Assembly (NCBI RefSeq): GCF_964204645.1
Contig: NC_134026.1
Span: forward strand, 12,423,950-12,487,949
DNA length: 64,000 nt
Source: Tubulanus polymorphus
Lineage: Eukaryota > Animalia > Nemertea
Direction of reading: 5' to 3'
Each line of letters opens with the position of its first letter. Positions within the stretch are counted from its first letter, which is position 1. This document shows positions 26,285 through 39,639 of this stretch, piece by piece. The position numbers were made by a program, and so were the translations under genes. Under the pieces are notes generated by a model that was given only the letters and a program-made list of their open reading frames with translations, had not been told where the DNA came from and did not search any database.

Positions 26285-29069
26285 CTCTCCTTCCACGTGA
26301 TTTTGGTGTTCACACGATGGAAACTGAATGTAAATTCACCTTTCAAAGTTAATCTTTTTTCCGGCCTTTAAATCTTCTCTCAAAAGTTTAGATTTTCTTT
26401 CCATTTTCTTTTTTGAGCATTCGCCATCAATCTGAATAAAATAAATTCTCGGTTATTACCAATAGTTCAGATGTTTGGGTTTATATCATATTATATATTG
26501 GTTAGTTATTGTTCTTATTCACCATAAAATAATTAATTGTAAATAGTCACACATTGGAATTCCAATAGGCCCTATTAAATGTTAACTTTTCTTATTTTTG
26601 AAATAGGTAAGTAGCTTCCCGGCATTCAAATTCATATGTACTAGCAGGACCTGGTAATAATGGCAAAATTTACCACACAGCACTCAAAATACTATCGATT
26701 ACATTATTCCAACATGAATATCACCATGATCGCCTCGAATTTGGGCAAATCTGACCTACAGCCATTCTATCAATTATCCCACGGCAATTGTTTTAAAACC
26801 TGCAGCATTTTTTAATTTCAAAAATGCCGTAGCAAATTATCAATTCATTGTAGGGACAAATCACCATCAAAGTTTTTTTGAAATGTCATTAAGACAATGA
26901 GTAAATCAACTTATGATGAACAAACTTTATTATTCAACCACTTAATGTATTTATCTATTAGGCCTAAACACTGCAGGCAATAGATTCATAATTTGGGCAC
27001 CAGTGCATTGTTCTTGTGTTACTACTCAAGCACTGCCTGTCTTATCTTGGAGTAATCATGTCAAATGATTACTCCAAGGTTTTATAATAGAACTGCCATC
27101 ACCTCTTCTGTTTTTATACAATGTGACAAATGATTGAGTGACAGATCATGATCAAAGCACTTAAAGTCCTAGACAATTAGTATAAACAGCAATAGTTTTA
27201 CAACCTGCAGCAAATGCCACCTCTGCCATCCTTAATTTCAAGGCCTGTGATGGACATAGAGTTTAACCCTAGTCTATACATCCATGATGACACTTATATA
27301 TAAAGTACCATTGTATTCTATTATATAATTCTGCTGTTGTAATTTGAGGGCAAATAAAGTTATTACTATTATTAGTTATCAGTTAGGCCTACTTACTTTA
27401 TAATCAGGAAATTGGATGACTTCTCTAAGTTGGATCTGGGCTGGACAATTCAGTTTTTTAGTATCTTGAATGTGAAGTTTTCTTCTCTGGAATGTGTGAT
27501 CTGCTTTTGCAGCTTCCTGAAAGACAAAATATTACAAGCATTATTTTTGATGGATCCAGTAGACATTTAGGCCCTACCCATCACATAGAGAAAAGTGCTT
27601 TCTAGCGAAAAAAACTGTATTAAAGGCAAACATTTTCAAAATAATTAGAATGCTGTATGAATATAATGAGAACCATGGTCCATTGCCAGTGATAACAGTT
27701 GGTATAAGGGTGGTGACTCACTTCTTTTCCCTCATGGTATTTCTTCTTGAAACTTTCTTTCCTATCTTTCCTGTGGTGGCAGTTCAAAAGACAGTTCCCA
27801 GTTATCATGAATGGTATTATCATCGCTTTTAATTCCTTCTTTCCAGTTGTTGTTCCGATCACAGGGGTTTGGCGATGGGCTTGGATTTTATTTCCGGGTT
27901 GTTGATAATCTCGCGAGAATGGCGCTAAATATGAACTGCGAATAAATTCAAAATATCACGGAAATACCTTGTGTTTATATTGTTTATTTATCCGCTATAA
28001 AGTTCTGATAAACGATTGGTCGTTAAGAATCATTATCAGACGGTCGTCACGCTTTACTATATAAAATCACAAGGGATGAAACGCCAGGCCTCCGCTGTAC
28101 TTAAATTTTCAGCCAGAAAGTTGGGACAGTCACGTGACATTCTGATGACGTCATCGCATTTAAAACTTTAACACGAAAAGTTAACATATTCACAGACCGA
28201 TATCAATTGTCAGATTATGATTCATATGAAATAAATAACTTATAAGGAATAAATTATGACGAAATATATAATTCATAGTAAAAAAATGCATTTGAATGTA
28301 AGTTATTCTCAAATGTTTTTCGTATCATAGTTTCCATCTTATATGCTTCAGTTTCGCGTTCAGTCAAATAAGAAGCGTTAAGTCACGTGACTGTCCCAAC
28401 TTTCTGGCTGGCACAACTCTGAAGGCGTTTCATCCCTTGTTCTTTTATATAGTAGCGTGACGACCGTCTGATAATGATTCTTAACGACCAATTGTTTATC
28501 GAAACTTTATAGCGGATAAATAAACAATATAAACACAAGGTATTTCCGTGATATTTTGAATTTATTCGCAGTTCATATTTAGCGCCATTCTCGCGAGATT
28601 ATCAACAACCCGGAAATAAAATCCAAGCCCATCGCCAAACCCCTGTGGTTCCGATCTGCATCTTTGAAGAATACCTTGTGATTTCCAAGCTCTGTAAAAA
28701 TAAGAACCAGAGTCAGAGAAAGTGATGACAAATATTTAGAAATGTAGGCCTAATTAGAGGTCCCAGAAACTTGAAATTTTGCAGTCACAACTATATATCT
28801 AATATGAATTGTTAAGGCTGTATAATTGTAATTGTAACATCAACTAGGCTAATAACAGTTAACTGTTTGTAAGTTTGTTAGTGTAGACGCCTACACATGA
28901 TTCCCGAAAACCTTAAAATAAAAATTAATTTACCTTTACTGTCTACTAGTATTGTTGCACCAAATTTCGCCGTTTCCCGAACTTTTGAGAACCTGCTCAA
29001 TGTCTCAAGTTCGTAATTCCGAATATGTTCAAAAGCTTGTTCAACATCTAAAGTGAAATTATTGTCCAT
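26285..29069 (-). pseudogene. Spliced CaRF-like (calcium-responsive factor / MULE N-terminal domain) gene, truncated
   Basis: Exons: MDNNFTLDVEQAFEHIRNYELETLSRF; IPFMITGNCLLNCHHRKDRK; IQDTKKLNCPAQIQLREVIQFPDYK; ER*IYIQFPSCEHQNH. GT-AG boundaries. No DDE domain found. Confidence 0.7.
27860..28647. mobile_element. Long-TIR MITE (788 bp), P- or hAT-like
   Basis: CACAGGGGTTTGGCGATGGG... ~280-bp TIRs; perfect 8-bp TSD GTTCCGAT (27852-27859, 28648-28655). Inserted in exon 2 of the CaRF-like gene. Confidence 0.92.
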
Positions 29070-30859
29070 TTTGAACAACAGAGCTGCCAAAATTTGCTGT
29101 GAGCGTGCTGTGTAATAATTGAAAAATGCGCCGCGTACTGTTTACTTCCGCGTACGTCACTTTTTGTTTACATCCGGAAACTCCTGCGCATGTGCAGAAA
29201 CGGAGGGGGTTATGAGAGTTAGAAAAGATCGTTTTCCTTCCCAGTCAGCAGAGACAGGTTCTAAAGATCATAGAGTGCATCGCTGGAGGGTTTCCGATCC
29301 ATATAATTGAATTTGAATTGGTGCGGTGGCGCTCTCAATGCGGAAGTTTTTGTCATTCCGAATTTTTTCAGTCGGCGACGGACGTTTATCGTTGTAAGCG
29401 ATGTAATATGTAAAAAAAATACAGGGAAACCTATCTCAATTTGTTTTTAGCGATGCAATGCAGCGGAACTAATAAGGAACATTTTGATATATAACATGAT
29501 CATAGTACACTATCCCTGATGGAATAGGCCTAATAAGCTCCACTCGACAAACACGTTCCCGTGCATTTTTATCTCTCACACACACAGCCCCTCTACTAGT
29601 CAAGTACCTAGCCGTTGTTCCTGAAACAACGTCTAGGGCGAAAGTGCTCATATAAGGTTAATTTTCGTCCCTCATTTTGAGGGACGAGGCTTTGAGCGTC
29701 TATTTCACCCCTTAAAACACCATCAACTTACATCAAACTGACTGTTCTGTAATCAGACGGAAGTTAACTATTGTTTGTGCATAAATTTGTAATCCTAAGT
29801 AGCTTTTGACGATCGTAGTAGCTCAAAACTTTTGACTAGTCGCCTCAAAAAACTGTTAAAGTGAAGCAACAGAACAAATATGGCGGCTCTTCGTGGTGCG
29901 TGATGGGAGTGTAAATTACGCATTCGAACTTAAACTTGGTGCCAATGCAGATATTATTCTTGTTTCAAATTATTAAGGTTAAAATTGACCGAAATTTATG
30001 CGTTTTATCAACAAAAAATAAGATTTAGAGTAATTGTAGAGAGACATATTGAATTTTCACATTTTATTAATTTAGTCCGTATTGGAAATCCCGATAGTGG
30101 CAATCAATTCAATTCAAATCAAAACAATAAATTCTCCGGTTCAGGATTTAAATCATCAAAAAATTTATTATAAAACACGTTTTCAAAGTCAACAAGGTAA
30201 CTAATTTATTTATTTTAGTACAAAGGTTTGATTTGACACTAAAATCAGTTGTTGCATTGCAATTAACAGGAGTTTACCTCTATATGATACTTTAGCGTCA
30301 GACGTTTTACGGAACCGTAACAACGACTGGTATTCAGACTACCCCTCTACCTACCATCAATGCCTAACCCATGTTCGACCAACTGTGGGCGTTTTCCTTT
30401 GAAACATAAGCCTAATTGTAAAAGATAAGCATTAATCTAAGTTAATGCTGCATCTTTATCATGAAACCTAAGAAAGATTATTCCATTATTTAGGCCTATT
30501 CAAATTTTCTGTCCACTACCACGTGGAAAAAAGACCCAGTCAAAATTGTGCATCACGCTTTGACGAAGAAATTGGTTCTAGGCTATAAATTTTATGACTC
30601 AAACGAATCTTTTCCTCAACAAAGCCGCTTTTAGTTTGATGCAAAATGTCATTTGCTTTTAAAATGTGTAACTAGGCCTAATCAAAAGGATATTTCAAAA
30701 GCAAACTTTGCCGGGCCAAGAGCCATATTGAATTCAATTTTTCCGAACCATTATGCCTCTTTCATCATAACATTATTTATCCTATTTCAAAATCTTAGGC
30801 CTACAAGTAGAGAGAGGCCCTACGTTGGGTTCAAATCGGAATTTTAAGATTTATTTCAT

Positions 30860-31365
30860 TTAATTCCAGGTTTTCACTGTAGATTATTAAAGACATGTGG
30901 CGTTGTGGGAGTTCATAGTTGTTTGATAATCCATCATTTGTAAGTGTAAAGCTATTTGAGGGATTCGAAACCGACATTTTGTAAATTTTGTAGCTTTATT
31001 ACGTTTAATTCCAGATGTTTATCATGACACGTTTCATTTTGGGGGTTTGTCAGCGAGTTGGTATGCTGTCGGCGGAAGTAGTTTGATAATTCGTTTCATG
31101 TAAGTAAACAGCTATTTGAAGGATTCGAAACCAAAATCTGTATTGTGAATTTTTTAGTTGTATTTTGTTTGATTCTAGGTGAATAGGACATGATTCATTT
31201 TGGGAGTTTTTCCGCGAGTTTGTATACTGTCAAATGAAGTTTCTTCGTCAATTTGTCGTATGTAAGTATCAACCTATAGGTTATATAGGCCCTATTAGGG
31301 GTTCGATACAGAAATTTGGTGAATTCCTCAGATTTATTTTAATTTATTCCAGGTTGTTATCAGAA
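30860..31365 (+). repeat. Three to four divergent ~150-170 bp tandem units
   Basis: Recurrent TTCCAG...TCATTTTGGG...GTAAGT...GGATTCGAAAC. Confidence 0.6.
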
Positions 31366-31636
31366 AAATATGTACTTTATTTCATAGGTTGGTCTTTGAT
31401 TGAAAACTAAAAATGGATGATAGCTCTAAATTTGATGTTGATTCACATGACAAATCTAGTAGGGTAACTCCACGTAATTTCGGAAGGTATTTTCGGATGC
31501 GCTGTTTTGACGGATGATTTTCGACATGAAAAAATGCCGTTGGAAGGTGGATATTTTTACAGCCTGATATTTCTGCTTCCAACTATTACTCCAGAATCGA
31601 TTTGAAATATATCCATTAAAATAACTTACCAGTATG

Positions 31637-32156
31637 TGTTGGAAACTGGTGTATTTCATATAGATATATATGTTGATTTATTATATTTCTTTAGAGCTAT
31701 TTCTATAATGTATTCAACATTCAGTAGTGTGATTGTACTGTGTTTGAAGCGTATTAAATCCTGCAATTCATCATTTTGTTACGCGAACTTAAACATTTTT
31801 CGCGCTTATGACCAGCACGGTATTTAAACCTGTGAATTCTTGGCTAGGCGTCAGTCTGGTTCTATATACCCCTTGTACGGCACAGTTATTGTAAGTATTT
31901 ATATCAATTTAGATTTGCTGGATTTCAAACTAAAGTTTGGCCTTTTGAATGTTATTTGTCTAAATCTTGTATTTTTTGTACCTTTGTAGCAAACCTCACT
32001 CACTCACTCACTCACTCACTCACTCACTCACTCACTCACTCACTCACTCACTCACTCACTCACTCGCTTAGTCGTTCTGTCATTGTAAATAAATGAGCGT
32101 ATTGGAACTGTGAATTTTTGTCGTCGTTTGTTGAGGATTTAGGACCAGGCTGAACA
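31637..32156 (+). repeat. 5' LTR (520 bp) with (CTCA)~18 tract
   Basis: Matches the 3' LTR except for 13 extra CTCA units and 2 substitutions seen; contains TATTTAAA and AATAAA. Confidence 0.96.
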
Positions 32157-32190
32157 TAGTTTGAATAACTATTACGACCGACGATTCGCC

Positions 32191-35100
32191 ATGAGTGTTT
32201 CAAAGGATGAGAAAACGAAACAAAAAGATACTCGTACAAGTTTGGCTGGATGGCTTACCAGAGCAATTAAAGCTGTTGACGACGTTAGGATTCGAGCCGC
32301 AGTGGAGCCAGCGAAACAGAGAATCACGTCACAGTTAGGTTCGCTTATGACGGCCAGCTCGAGATATGTGGACAGTCTAGAAAGCGACGAAGAAATCGAA
32401 AAAGCAGGATTGTGGCTAGACACGTATTATAATCGAGCGATGGAGGCGCTAGAGAAGTTGGATTCTTTCTCTTACTCGCAATCAGAGAAAGGCCAGCAGG
32501 CAAGTTTGAATCCAAGTGCGCATGAATTTCGAGTGAACCAGCCCATGGACGATGGAGAGAATTTTGTACCGGTATCATCAGCAACGCCGGAACCCAATAT
32601 TCAGGATGCACCAATAAGTGGACAACCAGTTTCGTTCGTGACTATCGACAGTTGGATCGACAACTTAATCGATGAGGTCGAGACCATCACGACCGCTGAC
32701 ACCGCGTCACAACCGTCTCTTGAAGATGCGTTCCTTAGAATGGAGCTCGGACCTTCGGAGCTTCGGCAGGGACCTACCGAAAGTGGAACTCCCCATGTTC
32801 GATGGGTCGGCATTTGGCCGCGGTTCATCGAACAATTCTACCTACAAGTACATTGTCGACCGGGAATTGTAGACGCCAGAAGAATGGATCTGTTGCAGAA
32901 TCATGTAAAAGGTGAGGCGAAAAAACTCATATACGGACTTGTTTATAGTGGTAGAAACTATTCTACGGCTCTCAAAGAACTGAAATTTGTATTTGGACAT
33001 CGTGTTCATGTAGCTAGAACGTATATTGATTCAATTTCTACGGGTTCTGTTGTAAATTCATACGATTCCATCTCGTTGCGTAGCTTTTATGTATCTGTTA
33101 GAGATTGCCTTATTACATTGAAACAAATGAATTATATGTCAGAAATTGGGAGCAGTGATTTGTTATTTAAAGTTACTAGGCGTATCCCAGTTGATAGACG
33201 TTCTAAATGGAATGATTTTGTACGTCGAATTTCTAGAACTCGTGATCCCACTCTATTTGATTTAGAAAACTGGCTTCGAGATTGTGTCGAGGCAGATTTT
33301 GGACCATTCTCGTTGCAAAACAAACCTAGGAAATCTAGTAATCATGTGAATGTCGCTAATGGTCCACAGAGACCACATGTATTTAATTCCAGGGTGCATG
33401 AGCCTATAAAATGTATCGTTTGTTCGGATAGCCATTCTTTGAATAGATGCAAGGCTTTTCAAGATAAGTCTGTCACTGATCGATTCACAATTGTGAAAAA
33501 ATATCGTTTATGTATCAATTGTTTGAAAACATTTTCTTGCTTCCTGCACTTCTGCTGTGCGGTGCAGAGAGGCAGGTTGCGGGAAAATGCACCATACGAT
33601 GTTACATCTTCCGTCGCAGAGTAGTCAGATTCCAGATAGATCTATGTTGAATATTCCGTCGTCTGATATTTCGCGTCAAAATGCGTCCTTAGAACGTGGT
33701 GATTCTGCAATTAACCAAAATGCAATTTCAACTGAAACTGATTGTAACAATGTGTTTTTCCAGGTGTTGCCGGTTACAGTTCAGGGAAACAATGGACGTC
33801 GTATTGCCACACATGCTTTGTTAGACTCCGGTAGCGATGTTACCTTAATTCATGAAGATTTGGCTGATGAGCTTGGGTTACCGGGTGAGAAACAATTATT
33901 AACAATAAGTACCCTCAATTCTAGTGTTGCGCGTCAATCTAGGTGTGTTACTTTTACCGTTCGTGGCAATGATCCAGATTCGAAGGTTGTTAATATTTCA
34001 CGAGCCTGGACTACTCATAACAATATCAATTGTCCGCCTCAGACGTTTTCTGAGGTTTCTCTCAATAAATTATCACATTTGAATGGTTTGTCGTTTACGG
34101 ACTATTCGCCTTGTCAGGTTAAAATTCTCATCGGTGCAAATGTGCCTCAAGTGCACGTGCAATTAGAGGTTAGGGAAGGCAGCTCCCAGCAGCCTGCAGC
34201 TATAAAAACCAGACTCGGTTGGTGTTTGTTTGGTAATATGTCGTATGTAAACTCCTCCGTAGCTAATGTTAATACGATAGTTTCTGACCCTCAACTTATT
34301 GGTCATTCGCTTACAAAACAGCTTGATCGTTTTTGGTCGACTGAATCTTTCGCTGTTGCTTATCCTGATCGTGTTGGTTCCGTTGAAGATCAACGGGCTT
34401 CAAAAATCCTGTCGAATACGACTCGCCTAGTAGATGGACATTATGAGGTCGGAATGTTGTGGCGAGACAATGAGAGTGTTTTGCCTGATAATTATTCGTT
34501 AGCTCGCAAAAGATATGATTTGTTGGTAAATCGGTTGGCTTCTGATCAGGTAATGAAAGAAGGCTATTGTAACACTCTTAATGGTTATATCACTGATGGA
34601 TATGCGCGTTTATTATCTCCGTCGGAAACTATGTTAAGAACCTCAAGAACTTGGTATATTCCCCATCACTGCGTATTTAATTCGAACAAACCCGGAAAAT
34701 TCAGAGTAGTTTTTGATGCTGCTTCAAAGTCTCAGGGCTTATCACTGAACGATTTATTAATGACAGGTCCTGATTTGCTCAATAGCTTATTTGGAGTTTT
34801 GCAGAGATTTAGATTATATGAAACAGCGCTTGTCGCTGATGTACGAGCTATGTTTCATCAAGTCAAAACATCCGAATTAGACTCCGATTCATTAAGGTTT
34901 CTGTGGCGACCAGACGCATCTACTGGCCCACCTAGTACATATAAGATGATAGTACATATATTTGGTGCTAAAGACTCGCCTAGCTGCGCAAATTATGCTC
35001 TGAAGCGCTCGGCTTTAGATAATGCACTGGAGTTTAGTGACTTGGCAGTAAATTCTGTTATTCGGGATTTTTATGTTGACGATTTTTTGAAATCGGTTCC

Positions 35101-38100
35101 AGGTGATGAGGCCGCTGTGCAACTGGCAAGTGAGGTTACAGAGGTTCTTCTTAGGGGAGGGTTCCATCTGACAAAATGGATGGCCTCAAGTAAAAATGTT
35201 TTGATGCAAATCCCCCAAGCAGAGCGTGCTAATCCGTCGTTAGACTTAGATTTTAGCGAGTTACCTATTGAACGGACTTTAGGAATAAAGTGGAATGCTC
35301 AGATTGATTGTTTCGTTTTTAGACCGGTAATTAAACCTGTCGCACCTACCAAGCGAGGGATTCTAAGCGCTGTATCTTCTGTGTTTGATCCTTTGGGATT
35401 TTTATCTCCATTTACGCTAAAGGCTAAATGTTTGATTCAGGATATGTGGCATTGTGGTTTAGGTTGGGATGAAAAGATATCCGGTCATCTTTTTGAAACT
35501 TGGTGTGCGTGGCAAGACGAGTTGCTATTATTACACGATTTGAGAATCCCTCGACTTCATTTGTTCTTGTCACCTTCTGCCGAAATGTGGCACGAGCATC
35601 GGAACGAGCATTCGGCTGTGTTGGTTATTTGCGTTATAACACGGGTGAGTTTTTTACCTGTTCATTTCTTGCTTCTAAAACGCATCTTGCTCCCGTTAAA
35701 CATCCTTTAACTATACCGAAGTTAGAACTTCAGGGTGCTGTTATGTCAATTCGACTGGGTGAAACTTTGAAATCAGAAATTTCTGAGATCCGTGATGTTG
35801 TTTATTGGACCGATTCTCAAACGGTATTACGGTATATACACAATGAAAAGAAGCGTTTTAAGACATTTGTTGCGAATCGGGTGAGCGAAATTCGTGAAAG
35901 TTCATCACCTAATCAGTGGAAGTATGTTCCTTCAAATTCAAATCCCGCTGACGATTGTACCCGCGGACTTTCTGCGGTTGCCTTATTAACATCGTCTCAT
36001 AGATGGTTTAATGGCCCAGAATTTCTGCAACAAGCTGAAACTAGTTGGCCACCTCAACCTAATGTTGGTTCTATATCTGATCTAGATGAAAATATAAAGG
36101 CTGCAACAACTGCGAATCGAACTCTTTTGACTGTGAGGCCGCAATTAATCTCAACAATCTCGTAAATCCTGAGCGATACTCGCGTTGGTATCCCTTATTG
36201 CGAGAAACCGCATGGGTTATAAGAGCTATCAAGAATTTCGCCTCAGTGATACCTCGTCTCAGATTTAAAAAGGTAACGACCCTTTGTTTGCAGCTCGATG
36301 AGTTGAAATTTGCTGAGGTCTGCTTAGTGGCAGGAGCTCAACGAGAATGCTTTCCCGATGCATACCTTTCTCTTCAAGAAAGTAAGATGAAACTTCAGCA
36401 TCCTCTGAAATGCTTAGATCCGTTTTTTGACGGCGCGTGTATTCGTATTGGAGGTAGAATGCACGGTGCTCGTTACGTCCCGTTAGAAGCGCGGCATCAA
36501 TTGCTTTTACCTTATAATCATCATATAACAGAGCTACTAATGCGCAAAGAACATCTTCTAAATTACCACGCTGGGCCTGAGCACGTGATTGCTTCTACGC
36601 GTCAGAAATACTGGCCAATTAAAGCTCGAGTCGTTGCTAAACGAGTAATTTCTAGTTGTTTTGGGTGCCGACGTCGTTCGGTCGTCCCTAGGATTCCATT
36701 CATGTCAGATTTACCTGCATATCGAATCATGAGTCATTGTCGACCATTTCAGCATTGCGGGGTGGATTATTTTGGTCCCATGTACATAAAAAGAGGGAGG
36801 TCTAATTTGAAAGTGTGGGTTTGTTTGTTTACTTGTCTGGTAACTCGGGCAATTCATTTGGAATTAGCGAAATCTTTGGAAACTGATTCATTTCTGCTGG
36901 TTCTCTGTAATTTTATTGGTCGACGAGGTCGACCGGATGAAATGTTTAGTAACAACGGCTCGAATTTTATCGGAGCCGAAAAAGAGCTCAAAGAGTGTTT
37001 GATTAATTGGAATCAGTCGCGTCTTTCTGAATTTTTAAGTGAAAAGGGTACAAGGTGGCATTTCAATCCACCTAGTTCTCCCCATTTTGGTGGAGCTTGG
37101 GAACGTCTTGTAAGAACGGTAAAGGTCGCTCTTAAATCTGTCTTAAGGGGCAGATCGTTTTTTGAAAATGTTTTGCGCACAACACTGATTGAAGTAGAGG
37201 CAGTGGTGAATAGTCGGCCACTCACTTATATTAGCTCAAAACCTCAAGATTATACCCCACTTACGCCTAATCATTTTCTCCACGGAGGTGCTACATCTAT
37301 TACACCCCAAGGTGTTTTTCATGAACGTGAAATTAGTAGTCGTAAGCGTTGGCGGCAGAGTCTGGTTTTGGCAGACCATGTGTGGCAACGATGGTTAAGT
37401 GAGTATTTACCTTCCCTGACAGTGCGTGGTAAGTGGTTCACAGAGAACCGTAATGTTAGAAAGGGAGATTAAGTATTATTAGTAGAAAAAGATGTCCCAA
37501 GAGGTTATTGGCCAGAGTTGGCCTCTGGTAACTCGGGCAATTCATTTGGAATTAGCGGAATCTTTGGAAACTGATTCATTTCTGCTGGTTCTCTGTAATT
37601 TTATTGGTCGACGAGGTCGACCGGATGAAATGTTTAGTAACAACGGCTCGAATTTTATCGGAGCCGAAAAAGAGCTCAAAGAGTGTTTGATTAATTGGAA
37701 TCAGTCGCGTCTTTCTGAATTTTTAAGTGAAAAGGGTACAAGGTGGCATTTCAATCCACCTAGTTCTCCCCATTTTGGTGGAGCTTGGGAACGTCTTGTA
37801 AGAACGGTAAAGGTCGCTCTTAAATCTGTCTTAAGGGGCAGATCGTTTTTTGAAAATGTTTTGCGCACAACACTGATTGAAGTAGAGGCAGTGGTGAATA
37901 GTCGGCCACTCACTTATATTAGCTCAAAACCTCAAGATTATACCCCACTTACGCCTAATCATTTTCTCCACGGAGGTGCTACATCTATTACACCCCAAGG
38001 TGTTTTTCATGAACGTGAAATTAGTAGTCGTAAGCGTTGGCGGCAGAGTCAGGTTTTGGCAGACCATGTGTGGCAACGATGGTTAAGTGAGTATTTACCT

Positions 38101-38325
38101 TCCCTGACTGTGCGTGGTAAGTGGTTCACAGAGAACCGTAATGTTAGAAAGGGAGATTTAGTATTACTAGTAGAAAAAGATGTCCCAAGAGGTTATTGGC
38201 CTTTAGGTCGGATTGTCGATGTGTATTCAGGCGCAGATAGTCGCGTGCGTACTGTTAAAACCGCTACGTCGGAATATATTAGACCTGTTGCAAAGATTTG
38301 TGTTTTAGAGGAGAATATTGAATAA
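32191..38325 (+). pseudogene. BEL/Pao gag-pol (DUF1759 gag, CCHC knuckles, aspartic protease, RT, Pao peptidase/RNase H, integrase), frameshifted, with a duplicated integrase core
   Basis: ALLDSGSD; WYIPHH..KPGKFRVVFDAA; FYVDDFL; LTIPKLELQGA; YWTDSQ; NPADDCTRG; GVDYFGP; FTCLVTRAIHLE; PHFGGAWERLV. Confidence 0.95.
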
Positions 38326-38468
38326 TTACTGGGACTGTAATAGGCTAGAATGAAATTAAATGTTGTTTGAGTTTTAGTTTCATTAGTACTGAGGTACTTT
38401 TATATTAATATATATTTGATTATTGACCTTTTTTATTGACACCGTTTACGGATGTCAAGGAGGTGCCG

Positions 38469-38936
38469 TGTTGGAAACTGGTGTATTTCATATAGATATA
38501 TATGTTGATTTATTATATTTCTTTAGAGCTATTTCTATAATGTATTCAACATTCAGTAGTGTGATTGTACTGTGTTTGAAGCGTATTAAATCCTGCAATT
38601 CATCATTTTGTTACGCGAACTTAAACATTTTTCGCGCTTATGACCAGCACGGTATTTAAACCTATGAATTCTTGGCTAGGCGTCAGTCTGGTTCTATATA
38701 CCCCTTGTACGGCACAGTTATTGTAAGTATTTATATCAATTTAGATTTGCTGGATTTCATACTAAAGTTTGGCCTTTTGAATGTTATTTGTCTAAATCTT
38801 GTATTTTTTGTACCTTTGTAGCAAACCTCACTCACTCACTCACTCGCTTAGTCGTTCTGTCATTGTAAATAAATGAGCGTATTGGAACTGTGAATTTTTG
38901 TCGTCGTTTGTTGAGGATTTAGGACCAGGCTGAACA
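38469..38936 (+). repeat. 3' LTR (468 bp)
   Basis: Direct repeat of 31637-32156. Confidence 0.96.
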
Positions 38937-39433
38937 GTATGAGACATTTATAGAGACAACATAATTTCGGAAGCCCGGGTTACGTAATTTCGGAAATAGT
39001 CAACATAAATTCGGAAATGCATATATTCGTTATTTTTGTGTATGCGTTCTATGAAACTAGGCTAGAACGTATTTGGGTTATACTAATTGCTTCTACAGGG
39101 GTGGTAGCATTTAGTAACAGCTGGTTAGATCAGAAACATCTAGGGACAAGACACCATTTGGGTTCGAATCCCAAAAATATTTTTTTTAGTCGAGTGGAAT
39201 TTCAAGCAATTGTATGAATTTCTACAGCCTACTAGATGGTGGATATGGTAATCCTAATTCACCAAGATAAAAGGATGACCGTTAGAAATGCAGCAACCGT
39301 CGAGAAGGTACATGTAATAAACTGATTAACTAATATGTAATGTAGGCCGTAACAGAAAGTAATAAATTTTTATTGCACTATTTATAAACATTTTTAAGAC
39401 TAGATGAGTAACAAAAAGAGTAACAAAAAACAA

Positions 39434-39540
39434 ACATACATAGGCCTACATAGATACACATACATACATACGCACGCACGCACGCACGCACGCACGCTCA
39501 CACGCACACACACACACACACACACACATACATACATACG
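39434..39540. repeat. Compound microsatellite (CATA/CGCA/CA)
   Basis: Directly visible. Confidence 0.9.
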
Positions 39541-39639
39541 TTTATACAATACAATAGCAATACAACTTTAAGGCCTCCCTACGTAACAAAATGTAGTAAG
39601 CCTATTACATACAAGCGAACAAATCGCAAGTCTTTGAAT

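Larger units (their letters stand above)
25353..29237 (-). mobile_element. MULE/Mutator-like element (3885 bp), internally deleted
   Basis: ~97-bp TIRs GGAAAACGATCTTTTCTAACTCTCATAACCCCC...; perfect 9-bp TSD TTCCCAGTC (25344-25352, 29238-29246). Confidence 0.92.
31637..38936 (+). mobile_element. BEL/Pao LTR retrotransposon with both LTRs, defective
   Basis: TG..CA LTRs at 31637-32156 and 38469-38936; 5-bp TSD GTATG (31632-31636, 38937-38941); gag-pol in several frames. Confidence 0.96.

Noticed and set aside
32172-34393. Antisense and alternate-frame ORFs over BEL, Polinton and pogo genes
   Set aside because: Shadow ORFs of genuine coding regions, with no independent motifs.
39098-39175. B-box GGTTCGAATCCC (also ~25485)
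   Set aside because: No cloverleaf or convincing A-box; not called as tRNA.
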